Source: Candidatus Nomurabacteria bacterium RIFCSPHIGHO2_02_FULL_42_19 (GTDB lineage: Bacteria > Patescibacteriota > Minisyncoccia > Phycocordibacterales > UBA9973). From it: a DNA stretch of 40,379 bases. Positions within the stretch are counted from its first letter, which is position 1, and each line of letters starts with the position of its first letter. The notes beneath the pieces were generated by a model. It made no database searches and was not told where the DNA came from. It saw nothing but the letters and a program-made list of their open reading frames with translations. The stretch lies in contig MFUG01000017.1 in NCBI GenBank assembly GCA_001785615.1, positions 1 to 40,379 on the forward strand, given 5' to 3'. Positions 1-8,879 of the stretch are shown piece by piece. The translations under genes were made by a program, and so were the position numbers.

Positions 1-269
1 AAATAAGACAGACAGCGATAGCCAATGCAAAAAGATTAGAGCATGCGGCCCTGGTAGCTGTTGTCCGTTCCTATGTAAAATCCCTCAATTTTGCCAAAGA
101 TCAATACGGTAAATTGAAGGCCAAAATTAAGGAGTTACAGAACAAAAACGGAAATGGAACAATGGCGGAGACAGGCGAGGTTTCCAAATTCCTGAAAATG
201 ATCTCGGACTATAAACACAAGATACGGGAAATAAAACACAAGATACGAGAAGAGGAAAAAAATTCGTAA
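1..269 (+). CDS. 3' end of a hypothetical helical/coiled-coil protein (partial)
   Basis: Frame open from base 3 to TAA at 267-269: IRQTAIANAKRLEHAALV...YKHKIREIKHKIREEEKNS*. Not in the ORF track. Confidence 0.7.
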   Translation, partial: IRQTAIANAKRLEHAALVAVVRSYVKSLNFAKDQYGKLKAKIKELQNKNGNGTMAETGEVSKFLKMISDYKHKIREIKHKIREEEKNS

Positions 270-291
270 ATATGGTAGATTGGTTAGTGTT

Positions 292-364
292 GCCGGAATA
301 GCTCAGTTGGTAGAGCGGCTCTTTTGTAAAGAGCGGGTCGTGGGTTCGAGTCCCTCTTCCGGCT
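292..364 (+). tRNA. tRNA-Thr(UGU)
   Basis: Acceptor GCCGGAA/TTCCGGC, D arm GCTC-AGTTGGTA-GAGC, anticodon arm GCTCT-TT TGT AA-AGAGC, T loop TTCGAGT. CCA not encoded. Confidence 0.97.
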
Positions 365-369
365 CCGCA

Positions 370-405
370 ATTAAAATCAGCTAGAACCTATTTTATCAAA
401 AATTT
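370..405 (+). repeat. Left inverted repeat ATTAAAATCAGCTAGAACCTATTTTATCAAAAATTT
   Basis: Read directly; pairs with 1755-1790. Confidence 0.9.
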
Positions 406-470
406 CGACGATTGAACACAGTGTCGCGCAAAGCGTGGCAATCAATCAGAGTTCTACTCAAAAAAATTCA

Positions 471-492
471 GGTGTGGTTGTAAAACCGCACC
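471..492 (-). terminator. Probable intrinsic terminator of the RTX gene
   Basis: GGTGTGGTT-GTAA-AACCGCACC hairpin with an A-run on its left, giving a U-tract on the minus strand. Confidence 0.5.
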
Positions 493-545
493 AGCGAGGA
501 TCAAAAGCAACCACCAGCTCAATAAATGACATTGAACAATTAATA

Positions 546-1622
546 CTATAGTGGCATTATTTCTTCTTCTATCCCTTCTGCTGGACAGGATGTAAATTCT
601 ATGGGAGCCGGCCCGTCTAAAATTACCTCGGCGCCGCGGATCTTCACGTCAAGACCAATATCGCGATAGACAGTGTCGTTACCGAGACGAGCAGAAACAT
701 CAGAATCAGCCGCGCCATTAAAAATATTTAAGATATCGCTGCCGTTCCCGCTGTAAACTGCTTTGGCGCCATCCTCGCCGCTAATGATTAAATTATTACC
801 AACGCCTTCGGCCTTGACATAAGTATCATAACCGGGGCCACCATTCACGCAGTTACCTTCAAATATTGAGCCATAATCATACACTGCGTCATTACCTTCC
901 CCGCCAAGAACAGTGTCGCTTCCGCTACGACCGTCAACACGATCGTCGCCAGGACCCCCATCTATAAAATCATCACCATCTCCCCCGCTCACATCATAGT
1001 CATTGCCCGAACCAGCGATTAAAAGGTCATTGCCCTTTTTTCCGTAAATAACATCATTGCCGTCCTGACCTTGTAGATTATCATTGCCCTGTTCGCCATT
1101 TAAGCGATCATTACCGCTAAACGACTCTGCCCAGTCAAGAGCTATTACAACACCCGTTAAAGAACCTGTGCCTTCTGAAACTATCAGGTTCCCACCGATT
1201 AATATATCATTACCTGCGCCTCCGCTTATTTCGTCATTACCTTCCCCGCCAATTCCAACATCATCTCCACTTCCTAAATATATCTTGTCGTCTCCAGCTT
1301 TGCCCCAAACAAAATCATCGCCGCTACCTGCGTAAATCCTATCATTGTTGTTGGTTCCCACAATCCAGTCATTGTCAGCCGTGCCGCGGCAATCACCTTT
1401 TGGCGGAGAAGGACAATAGATGACATTGTAGCCGGGCAATGGACTGTCAATATTCCAATCATTGAGAACCGGAACAACAGGTTTTGCTAGAGGCCAACTG
1501 AGACTGCCCAACACTGGCTTTGGCAGAATTAAAGTAAAATAAACTGCCATACCAACTGCGATGAATAATATACTGACGGTAACCAGATTTAATTTGACTA
1601 TTTTTTTTCTTTGAGTATTCAT
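546..1622 (-). CDS. Membrane-anchored hemolysin-type (RTX) calcium-binding repeat protein
   Basis: N-terminal hydrophobic segment; many GGxGxD nonapeptides (AGSGDD, GGEGND, GGAGND, GGDGDD, GGPGDD). Confidence 0.9.
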   Translation of the reverse strand: MNTQRKKIVKLNLVTVSILFIAVGMAVYFTLILPKPVLGSLSWPLAKPVVPVLNDWNIDSPLPGYNVIYCPSPPKGDCRGTADNDWIVGTNNNDRIYAGSGDDFVWGKAGDDKIYLGSGDDVGIGGEGNDEISGGAGNDILIGGNLIVSEGTGSLTGVVIALDWAESFSGNDRLNGEQGNDNLQGQDGNDVIYGKKGNDLLIAGSGNDYDVSGGDGDDFIDGGPGDDRVDGRSGSDTVLGGEGNDAVYDYGSIFEGNCVNGGPGYDTYVKAEGVGNNLIISGEDGAKAVYSGNGSDILNIFNGAADSDVSARLGNDTVYRDIGLDVKIRGAEVILDGPAPIEFTSCPAEGIEEEIMPL

Positions 1623-1754
1623 TGTTTAAAGTTTTTCTAAAAACAGACTTTTTGACCTTCGGAAATCATATTTTAATTATAGATCGAGAAGTTGCATAAT
1701 GCAAGATGAAGAACTTTGGTTGATTGCCGCGCAAGTGACGCTTCCCCTTCTCAC

Positions 1755-1790
1755 AAATTTCTGATAAAATAGGTTCTAGCTGATTTTAAT
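1755..1790 (-). repeat. Right inverted repeat
   Basis: AAATTTCTGATAAAATAGGTTCTAGCTGATTTTAAT is the reverse complement of 370-405 with 1 mismatch. Confidence 0.9.
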
Positions 1791-1802
1791 AAGGACTCCA
1801 GT

Positions 1803-2492
1803 TTAAGAATTCTTTTCGCTATCCTTCTCCGGCACTTTTTCTTGAAGCTTGAAAGATTCTTTTATGCGCTCTTCTAGTTCTTCCAGGGAATGAAATCCGG
1901 TTAATACGTCGTCAGCCACCACTAAGGCCGGCAATAAAGTGTCCTTTATTTTATAAATCTGAAGCATGGCTTTCACCGCCGAGAGGTCCGTACTGTAATC
2001 AAATGAGTAGACCCGCAGTTCCGGGTATTTTTCCCGGAGCGCGGTGAGCACCAGTTCTTCCCTTTCGCATTCGCTACAATTCTCCGCCGTGGTATAAAAA
2101 TAAAGAATAAAAGCGGATTTTACTTTACAGCGGTCGGATATTTTCTTCATTAAAAGATAATCCTTGATTTGAAGCAGAGAATAGTATTTCCTTAAATAGG
2201 AAACCTCTTCCGTGGCCCCTAAATTTTCCTGCCCCCACTCTAGTTTGCTCCCAAGTTCACCAAGCTCCCCCGAGAGCGCAGAATCAGAAATATTTTTACA
2301 AGAAAGCTCGGAAAGCAGAGAGAATTGTGTTTCCGAGGAAAGGATGTCAATGGATATTTTGTCCTGAATTGATTTTAATTGATCAATTTTTCGGTTACCG
2401 AAATAATTACTCACATAGCTCGCGGTAAGGAATAAGCTGATAGTAATCAAAAAAACAATCAAATATTTTTTCCAATCAATGTTGTTGTTCAT
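1803..2492 (-). CDS. Membrane-anchored hypothetical protein with C-terminal thioredoxin-like CxxC domain
   Basis: N-terminal TM segment; ILYFY..CSEC; LRVYSFD; LPALVV. Confidence 0.7.
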   Translation of the reverse strand: MNNNIDWKKYLIVFLITISLFLTASYVSNYFGNRKIDQLKSIQDKISIDILSSETQFSLLSELSCKNISDSALSGELGELGSKLEWGQENLGATEEVSYLRKYYSLLQIKDYLLMKKISDRCKVKSAFILYFYTTAENCSECEREELVLTALREKYPELRVYSFDYSTDLSAVKAMLQIYKIKDTLLPALVVADDVLTGFHSLEELEERIKESFKLQEKVPEKDSEKNS

Positions 2493-2502
2493 AATCTAGT
2501 AT

Positions 2503-3747
2503 TTACCGCCAGGCCGGCCTTCTGGATATAATAGTGTTGTAAATCGCCTTCAGAAGCCAAAAGGGTGCGAGAATACGAAAAACGAACAGAAAGTAAAACA
2601 TGTTAAGGGAGAATGTCCATTTCCCTTCGGCCATTCTCTGCCCAAAAATTATGGCAAAAATAACTAAAGAGTAAACAAAAACAACTAAAAGTAGCGAGGA
2701 TTGTACATTTATAAAAAATGAATCAAAATTAGAAAACGAAGGCGTAAGGCCCCATCCCACGGTCTGCAAAACCAAGATTTTCGAGGACAAAAAATTAAAT
2801 AAACTATAAGCTACCCGAAAAAAAAGATAACTGACGGTCAGGATAGAAATAATACCGGTGGGTAAAGTAAAAAGGGAAAAGTTCCCATATTTTTTTCTAA
2901 ACAAAACACCGCGATAATCAATAGTATTATTAATAAAACCATAAATCCAGCGTAAGCGTTGTCGGTAAAGCTTTCTAATGGTGGTTGGGGTGTTAGTATA
3001 AACATAGGCATCATTGCAATGTTCTATTTTATAATCATTTTTCTGCATGCGATAAGCAATCTCCATGTCTTCCGTATTGTGCCCGTGTCTATATGGGCCT
3101 AAGTCGTCAAAGACCTTCTTGCGAAAAATCGTAAAAGGCCCGGGAGTAACATTGATCGCTCCTAAAAAACTAAGCATTTTTTTAAAATAAATACCCATAT
3201 GATATTCGGCTGTTTGGGCATTTTGAAGGATATTTTGGGGACTATGCACAGCGACAGAAGGAACTACGGCCATAATCCCAGGGTCCTTCTCATAATAACT
3301 CATGATGCGGATAAGCGACTCCGGAGCGACAAAAGAGTCAGCGTCCAGCCCGCCAAAAAAATCCGTTTCTAAGTATTGCAACCCTAGATTGAGCGCAGTG
3401 TATTTACCACCATTTTCTTTGCGGAAAATTTGGATGTTCGGATACTTGGTAAATTTATTTATAATACTCCAAGTGCTGTCAGTCGAGCCGTCGTCCACCA
3501 GGAAAATTTTTAATTTATCTTTCGGGTAATTCAAATCAAGTAGCGAACGGACTGTCTTGTAAACAGTTCTTTCTTCATTCCAACACGGTACCACAATAGT
3601 TACGGCAGGATATTTAGCGAGTTTCATTTTTTCGCTTCGAATAATTATTTTTTTCCTATTTTCCAGAAAGGTAACGAGAAAAAATATCTGCACGTAAACA
3701 GACAAAAAGATTAACATATAAAACACGGTACTTGAAATAAAAGCCAT
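2503..3747 (-). CDS. Processive GT2 glycosyltransferase (PgaC/IcaA/cellulose synthase-like)
   Basis: VPCWNE, VDDGSTD, GGK..ALN, DAD, TED, QRLRW and flanking TM helices. Start moved to ATG 3747 to avoid overlap with the upstream gene. Confidence 0.9.
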   Translation of the reverse strand: MAFISSTVFYMLIFLSVYVQIFFLVTFLENRKKIIIRSEKMKLAKYPAVTIVVPCWNEERTVYKTVRSLLDLNYPKDKLKIFLVDDGSTDSTWSIINKFTKYPNIQIFRKENGGKYTALNLGLQYLETDFFGGLDADSFVAPESLIRIMSYYEKDPGIMAVVPSVAVHSPQNILQNAQTAEYHMGIYFKKMLSFLGAINVTPGPFTIFRKKVFDDLGPYRHGHNTEDMEIAYRMQKNDYKIEHCNDAYVYTNTPTTIRKLYRQRLRWIYGFINNTIDYRGVLFRKKYGNFSLFTLPTGIISILTVSYLFFRVAYSLFNFLSSKILVLQTVGWGLTPSFSNFDSFFINVQSSLLLVVFVYSLVIFAIIFGQRMAEGKWTFSLNMFYFLFVFRILAPFWLLKAIYNTIISRRPAWR

Positions 3748-3751
3748 CAAA

Positions 3752-4057
3752 TTACATATTTCCTTCCGTCTTACTGCCATCCGGCGCACAAGCCGAACAA
3801 ACACCCTCTCTGCATTTTTTGCATTTACAACCAAATAGTTTCATAACGCCCGCCACACCTACTAGGATATATACCGTCGCTTCAACCACCGGCACTCCTC
3901 CTAGAAACATATAAATGACATTCCAGTCCATGTCGCCTAAAAGCATCCCCAGGCCCACCAGACCCCAGTTGACTGCTCCTACGATTAATAAAATCTTTAT
4001 AACCAGAGACGTATTACATCCACCTTCATGACAACAACCGCAATTTGATCCACACAT
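3752..4057 (-). CDS. DUF378-like small membrane protein with Cys-rich termini
   Basis: LLIVGAVNWGLVG...YILVGVAG motif. Confidence 0.85.
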   Translation of the reverse strand: MCGSNCGCCHEGGCNTSLVIKILLIVGAVNWGLVGLGMLLGDMDWNVIYMFLGGVPVVEATVYILVGVAGVMKLFGCKCKKCREGVCSACAPDGSKTEGNM

Positions 4058-4157
4058 ATTGTTTTTAATTGGGTTAGTTTATAAATAATTCTGCCGGAAC
4101 GACCAAGCCCTGACAGTTTTAACGCTAATGTTATTAGTATACCATATTCTAAAAAAA

Positions 4158-4166
4158 TGCTATAAT
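4158..4166 (+). promoter_or_regulatory. Extended -10 promoter (TGcTATAAT) for the dsbA-like gene
   Basis: Consensus match 18 nt upstream of ATG 4185. Confidence 0.6.
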
Positions 4167-4184
4167 CGAGAAGTGGAAGAGAAC

Positions 4185-4907
4185 ATGCAAGAAAACAAGG
4201 ATGAAATTGGCGACAGCGTTAAGCAAAATAATAACCAACTCCAGATAGCCGGCGCCATAGTCCTGACTGGGCTAATTGTGGCGGGAGCAATTTTACTTAA
4301 AGGAGGCACCCCGCCGCCCGCCGCCCCGCAAGCCGACAACACCGGAACGACGCCTGTGGCTCTAGAAGCTAGGCCAATTTCTAAAGAGGACCATATAACA
4401 GGCAACACTAACGCGAAGATAGTCATACTAGAATACTCGGATCTTGAATGCCCTTATTGTAAAGTATTCCACGCTACGATGCATCGGGTAATAGAAAATA
4501 ATAAAAATGTTGCTTGGGTTTACAGACATTATCCGATTCCACAGCTTCACTCCAAGGCCCCTCACGAAGCGGAAGCCACCGAGTGCGCTTGGGAACAAGG
4601 GGGCAATGATGCTTTCTGGAAATATACAGACAGGGTCTTTGAAGTAACAACGTCCAACGATCGGCTGGATTCATCGGAACTGCCAAAAATTGCGGAGTAT
4701 GTAGGACTCAATGTTGCGTCTTTCAATACCTGCCTAGCGAGTGGAAAATATAAAGCAAAAGTTCAAGCGGACGTTGATGACGGAGTCACCATGGGCGTAA
4801 ACGGAACTCCTTCCTCTTTCATACTAGTGAATGGTAAAGTGGTAGGCACTATTCCCGGCGCTCAACCCTACGAGACGGTAATACAAAAGCTAAATGCGAT
4901 AAAATAA
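4185..4907 (+). CDS. DsbA/BdbD-family thiol-disulfide oxidoreductase
   Basis: EYSDLECPYC, YRHYP, GVNGTP, GAQP; N-terminal TM. Likely start ATG 4185. Confidence 0.92.
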   Translation: MQENKDEIGDSVKQNNNQLQIAGAIVLTGLIVAGAILLKGGTPPPAAPQADNTGTTPVALEARPISKEDHITGNTNAKIVILEYSDLECPYCKVFHATMHRVIENNKNVAWVYRHYPIPQLHSKAPHEAEATECAWEQGGNDAFWKYTDRVFEVTTSNDRLDSSELPKIAEYVGLNVASFNTCLASGKYKAKVQADVDDGVTMGVNGTPSSFILVNGKVVGTIPGAQPYETVIQKLNAIK

Positions 4908-5000
4908 CCACCTCCCCGATAAGGACGGTACTCCTCCTAAATTAGGAGGAGAGGATTCATGATTCTTCCCCTCCTTCCGAAGGAGGGGCTGGGGGTGAGG
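4908..5000. repeat. REP-like double hairpin (CCCCTCCTT...AAGGAGGGG family) between convergent genes
   Basis: CTCCTCCTAA-A-TTAGGAGGAG at 4931-4951 and CCCCTCCTTC-C-GAAGGAGGGG at 4968-4988; related copy inside rnr. Confidence 0.8.
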
Positions 5001-6188
5001 TTAATCAAAATAATTTTTTAGACGAGAAATTTTATCGTGCTGGCGGAGTTTTTCGTGTACCTTCGCTTCTATTTGGCGGATACGTTCGCGGGTAACTCCG
5101 AATTCCTCCCCTACTCGCTCTAGCGTGTGCTGGATACCGTCTAGAAGTCCATAGCGCATTTCTAGGATTTTACGTTCTTTCGGACTAAGTTCATTTAGCA
5201 CTTCGCGAATCTGATCAGAGAGAATGCGGCGAGACGACTCTTGGTCTGGACGCAAAATTTTATCATCCGGAATAAAGTTCTCCAGCGTTGACTTATCGTC
5301 ATCGTCCCCTACCGGCTGTTCGAGCGACACTGTTTCCTGCGAGATATTTTCAATCACGTGAATTTTTTCAACCGGAATACCCATTTCAGTGGCGATTTCC
5401 TCTGCTAGCGGTTCCCGACCCAAGTCCTGACTCAATCTTCGGTGGGTCTGCTTATATTTTGAAATCGTTTCTACCATGTGCACCGGTATGCGGATAGTAC
5501 GGGACTGGTCAGCCAGGGCGCGCGTAATGGACTGACGTATCCACCAGGTAGCGTAAGTAGAAAACTTAAATCCCCTATTCCAATCAAACTTTTCAACGGC
5601 TTTGAATAATCCCAAATTTCCTTCCTGAATCAGGTCGAGTAGAGTCAAGTTGGCGGACCTCCCTACATATTTCTTGGCAATGGAAACAACTAGGCGCAGG
5701 TTAGCCCGGGCTAGCAGATTTTTCGCTTCTAGGTCGCCCTTTTCTATCCGCTTGGCAAGATCTTTCTCATCAGTCGCTCGAATCAGCGGATACTGTCCTA
5801 TTTCTTTTAGATACATTTGGATAGAATCATAAAGCCCTGATTTGTTTAAGTCCTTATCCGCGGAATCAATATCAAGGTTCAGTAAATTCCCGCCCTCCAG
5901 CACATCTATCCCCGCCGCGGCCAACTTTTCATAAAGTTCGTCCAGAAAAAAAATATTATTTTCAATGTCCGGGAAGGTTTTCAATATCTCGTCATAAGTG
6001 ACAAAACGTCTTTTGCGCCCCTTTTCTATAAGTCCGCTGGAGAGCTGATCTAAGTTTTCTTTTTTTCTTTCAGTCGAAGTTAATTTCTTTATTTTCCCAG
6101 ATCTCTTTGGGCGTCGGGACTTTTTTATTTTTTTGATTTTCTTCTTTAGCTTTCGGTGCTTCTTGTGGGTCTTTGGTTTTTTGGCCAT
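5001..6188 (-). CDS. rpoD: Primary sigma factor RpoD/SigA
   Basis: [52 protein letters not shown]. Confidence 0.97.
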   Translation of the reverse strand: MAKKPKTHKKHRKLKKKIKKIKKSRRPKRSGKIKKLTSTERKKENLDQLSSGLIEKGRKRRFVTYDEILKTFPDIENNIFFLDELYEKLAAAGIDVLEGGNLLNLDIDSADKDLNKSGLYDSIQMYLKEIGQYPLIRATDEKDLAKRIEKGDLEAKNLLARANLRLVVSIAKKYVGRSANLTLLDLIQEGNLGLFKAVEKFDWNRGFKFSTYATWWIRQSITRALADQSRTIRIPVHMVETISKYKQTHRRLSQDLGREPLAEEIATEMGIPVEKIHVIENISQETVSLEQPVGDDDDKSTLENFIPDDKILRPDQESSRRILSDQIREVLNELSPKERKILEMRYGLLDGIQHTLERVGEEFGVTRERIRQIEAKVHEKLRQHDKISRLKNYFD

Positions 6189-6189
6189 A

Positions 6190-7890
6190 TTATTTTTTTA
6201 TGCGGTTATTTTTAATATTCTGGATCAAATCATTTATTTCTTTTATCTCTTTCAAAATCTGCGATGGCTTTGTTTGATTCTTATTCTCTTCCGCTAAATA
6301 TAATTCCCGCATCTTGCGCCCTAATTCTTCTCGCAGGGATTCTTCTTTCAAGTTAAGCAGGAGCTCCTCCACATCTTTGTCTAAATTCCCTCCTTCTCCA
6401 TAGAACACCTCGGCTTCAAAAATTAAATCTTCTTTCGTGTCTTTATATTTATTTAGTACTTCCCCTAATATATTTTCTAATTCTTTATCCTTTTTCCAAA
6501 AAGCAATACCAGCCAATCTGCGCTCGATGTAATCCTTTCGATGCATACTGTTTTCTACATCGGCCGTAATTTTAATTTCCTTCTTTTTAAATTTTAACTC
6601 TTGTTCCACTTTTTTCAAATCGTCTTGCAGGGCACTCTCCGGAATGGACGACAATTGGCTTATTTTTTTTAAGAAGTGCATTTTCTCAATAGAGCTTGAA
6701 AGCGCGTCCACGTAAGGCAGGATTTTTTCTCTAACTTCCCGACCGGCTTTTCTCTGGTCACTCCCAGTACTTTTTAGAACTTTATCTAGAAGAAATTCTA
6801 TAATGTGTTTAGATTTACGCACTGCTTCCTTCCACGCCGGGACACCCTGCTTTGAAATCAAGTCCGCCGGGTCAACTCTCGGGGGCATGTCCGCCACTTT
6901 CACATCCATGCCTAAGGAAAGAGCAATTCTTCCAGCTCGCTCGGACGCATGGAGCCCGGCCTTGTCTCCGTCAAAAGCCAGCACCAAGTTCTCCGAAAGG
7001 CGACGGATGAGCCCCAGATTACTTACCACGTTTTCTTTGGTCTCGGTGGACTCAGATAAAGCAGTGCCAGAAGTCGCCACGGTATTCCGGTAACCCGCCT
7101 GATGTGATAAAAGAAGGTCCATTTGGCCTTCAACTAAAATAGAAAAGTTATTTTTGCGAATTGACTCCTTGGCGCGGTCGAGTCCGTAAAGCACCGAAGA
7201 CTTGCTAAAGATAGGTGTTTCGGGGCTGTTTATATATTTAGCTGATTTTTTATCACCATTAAACACCCTCCCCGAGAAAGCGATTATTCTTCCGCTTGAG
7301 TCCGATATTGGGAACATAATACGCCCGCGAAAACGGTCATAAAACCCCTTTTCACTTTTTATAACAAGTCCTGCGCGTTCAAGTTCAGGATCGCTATAGC
7401 CCTCTTTTTTCAAATAATTATATAACTCCCGCCAGTCATCTTTCGCAAAACCGACCCTAAAATCCTTAATGGTATCCTCGGACAATCCGCGGGACTTCAA
7501 ATATTCCAGCACTTTTTTATTTTCTTTCAGATTATTTGAAAAATATAACGTCGACTCTTCCAGCGCTTTGTATAATTTTTCTTTTTCACTTTCCTCCTCT
7601 TTATTCTGGTACTCTAAAACAATGCCGGCTCGCGCGGCCAAGAGTTTAAGCGCTCCCTTAAAATCAAGCCCTTCAAACTCTTCTACAAAAGTAAAAATGT
7701 CTCCGGAAGCCCCACAGCCAAAGCAATAATAACTCTCCCTCGAAGGAGAAACGAAAAACGAGGGCGTTTTTTCGTTGTGAAATGGGCATTTGGCTTTCAA
7801 GTTTGCCCCTGCTCTTTCTAGCTTTATGTAAGAAGAAACCACGTCTTCAATGGATAATCTCTCCTTTATTTTGGCAACGGGAGAATTCAT
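6190..7890 (-). CDS. dnaG: DNA primase
   Basis: [15 protein letters not shown] zinc finger, [32 protein letters not shown]. Confidence 0.98.
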   Translation of the reverse strand: MNSPVAKIKERLSIEDVVSSYIKLERAGANLKAKCPFHNEKTPSFFVSPSRESYYCFGCGASGDIFTFVEEFEGLDFKGALKLLAARAGIVLEYQNKEEESEKEKLYKALEESTLYFSNNLKENKKVLEYLKSRGLSEDTIKDFRVGFAKDDWRELYNYLKKEGYSDPELERAGLVIKSEKGFYDRFRGRIMFPISDSSGRIIAFSGRVFNGDKKSAKYINSPETPIFSKSSVLYGLDRAKESIRKNNFSILVEGQMDLLLSHQAGYRNTVATSGTALSESTETKENVVSNLGLIRRLSENLVLAFDGDKAGLHASERAGRIALSLGMDVKVADMPPRVDPADLISKQGVPAWKEAVRKSKHIIEFLLDKVLKSTGSDQRKAGREVREKILPYVDALSSSIEKMHFLKKISQLSSIPESALQDDLKKVEQELKFKKKEIKITADVENSMHRKDYIERRLAGIAFWKKDKELENILGEVLNKYKDTKEDLIFEAEVFYGEGGNLDKDVEELLLNLKEESLREELGRKMRELYLAEENKNQTKPSQILKEIKEINDLIQNIKNNRIKK

Positions 7891-7910
7891 AAATTATATA
7901 TAATATCAAT

Positions 7911-8114
7911 TTAGACTTGTTTTAAGAGCTTATCTATAAATTTTTCAAGCGGTGTGCGCCAGTCTGTTTCAAGTTGAGTGTAGAGAAATTTTACCAATTT
8001 TTCTTTTTCCTTTGAAAGTTTTTGTTTCTGAAATTGCGCTAACTTTGCAAAAATACATTGGTCTTGCTTTTTATCAAGTATATATTGCATTTTCGGCTTT
8101 GGGGAGAATTTCAT
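7911..8114 (-). CDS. Small basic hypothetical protein (~67 aa)
   Basis: ORF MKFSPKPK...QLETDWRTPLEKFIDKLLKQV. The longer track ORF runs over a promoter and hairpin, so the start was trimmed. Confidence 0.6.
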   Translation of the reverse strand: MKFSPKPKMQYILDKKQDQCIFAKLAQFQKQKLSKEKEKLVKFLYTQLETDWRTPLEKFIDKLLKQV

Positions 8115-8170
8115 ATTATTTTTAGTTAAATGATTAATAATAAGCTTATAAATTAAGGACAATTTTCTGC

Positions 8171-8198
8171 TTGACATATTTTTTGTGTTTGCTATCAT
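8171..8198 (+). promoter_or_regulatory. Sigma70 promoter firing antisense toward the NYN gene 3' end
   Basis: TTGACA (8171-8176), 16 nt, TATCAT (8193-8198) with extended TG. Confidence 0.6.
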
Positions 8199-8204
8199 GT
8201 TTAG

Positions 8205-8266
8205 TATATCACCAACAGAAGAGACCACCCCTTAAGGTTTCGTCCTTATGGGGTCTTTTCTTTTTT
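8205..8266 (+). ncRNA. Candidate ~60-nt antisense sRNA
   Basis: Promoter followed by hairpin AAGAGA-cca-CCCC-t-TAAGG/CCTTA-t-GGGG-TCTTTT and a U-tract; overlaps the last NYN codons. Confidence 0.4.
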
Positions 8267-8752
8267 ATAGGCTAATTTTCCTTCTAGCTCATTCAGAAAT
8301 CGTAAATATGGACGACAAATTCTGAATTTAAGTAAAGCTGAAAATTTAAGACGATTCGGAATAATAATTGCTTCTAATTTTTTCTGTTCAATCAGATACT
8401 TAACCAAACAATAAAAATCTCCGTCGCCTGTTACAATAACAGCTTTTTCATAATTTATATACTCTATCATTACCTGCAAAACCAACTCCGTATCACAGTT
8501 GCCTTTAGTGGTTCCATCTTTATATTTCAGCGTAGGTTTAAAAATGCAAATAAAACCAGCTTCTTGTAGAGATTTATAAAGATCGTTATTTCCTTCTATA
8601 AAACCTATGAAAAGAAAAGCTTTTGTGATATTATATTTATCTTTGAGATATACGCGAAAATGCTTGAAATTCAAAACCCAGCCTAATTGACGAATGCTTA
8701 AATTAAGGTTTTGGCTATCTATGAAAGCGAAGTTTGTTTGATTATTTTTCAT
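8246..8752 (-). CDS. NYN (LabA/DUF88, PIN-like) domain putative RNase
   Basis: AFIDSQNL, KGNCDTELV, IVTGDGDF, SALL. Confidence 0.9.
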   Translation of the reverse strand: MKNNQTNFAFIDSQNLNLSIRQLGWVLNFKHFRVYLKDKYNITKAFLFIGFIEGNNDLYKSLQEAGFICIFKPTLKYKDGTTKGNCDTELVLQVMIEYINYEKAVIVTGDGDFYCLVKYLIEQKKLEAIIIPNRLKFSALLKFRICRPYLRFLNELEGKLAYKKEKTP

Positions 8753-8776
8753 ATTTTTACTACAATACAGGTATTG

Positions 8777-8878
8777 ATTTGTAAATAAAAGGGGGTGAGG
8801 ATGCGATAGTCCAAGATAGGTTGCTATTGCGTATCGTCAAAACATAGCGTAAATCCTAGACCCCTTTTGTTTATAAAT
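8777..8878. other. ~100-nt structured element immediately downstream of rpoC
   Basis: 18-bp outer stem 8777-8794/8861-8878, AGGAT/ATCCT stem, inner stem 8803-8810/8823-8830. Confidence 0.6.
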
Positions 8879-8879
8879 T

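Larger units (their letters stand above)
370..1790. mobile_element. Putative non-autonomous cassette bounded by 36-bp inverted repeats, carrying the RTX-repeat gene
   Basis: 370-405 and the reverse complement of 1755-1790 match at 35/36. Inner IR 433-455 vs 1710-1732. No transposase inside. Confidence 0.55.

Noticed and set aside
212-247. Tandem repeat TAAACACAAGATACG / AAAACACAAGATACG
   Set aside because: A 21-bp-period coding repeat (KHKIRE twice) fitting a coiled-coil heptad.
340-367. tRNA pseudogene or integration scar (T-stem U-U mismatch, no CCA)
   Set aside because: The cloverleaf is otherwise intact, CCA is often added enzymatically, and I saw no duplicated tRNA 3' end in the window.
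8221-8260. Hammerhead ribozyme (GAAAC on the minus strand)
   Set aside because: No CUGANGA core nearby.
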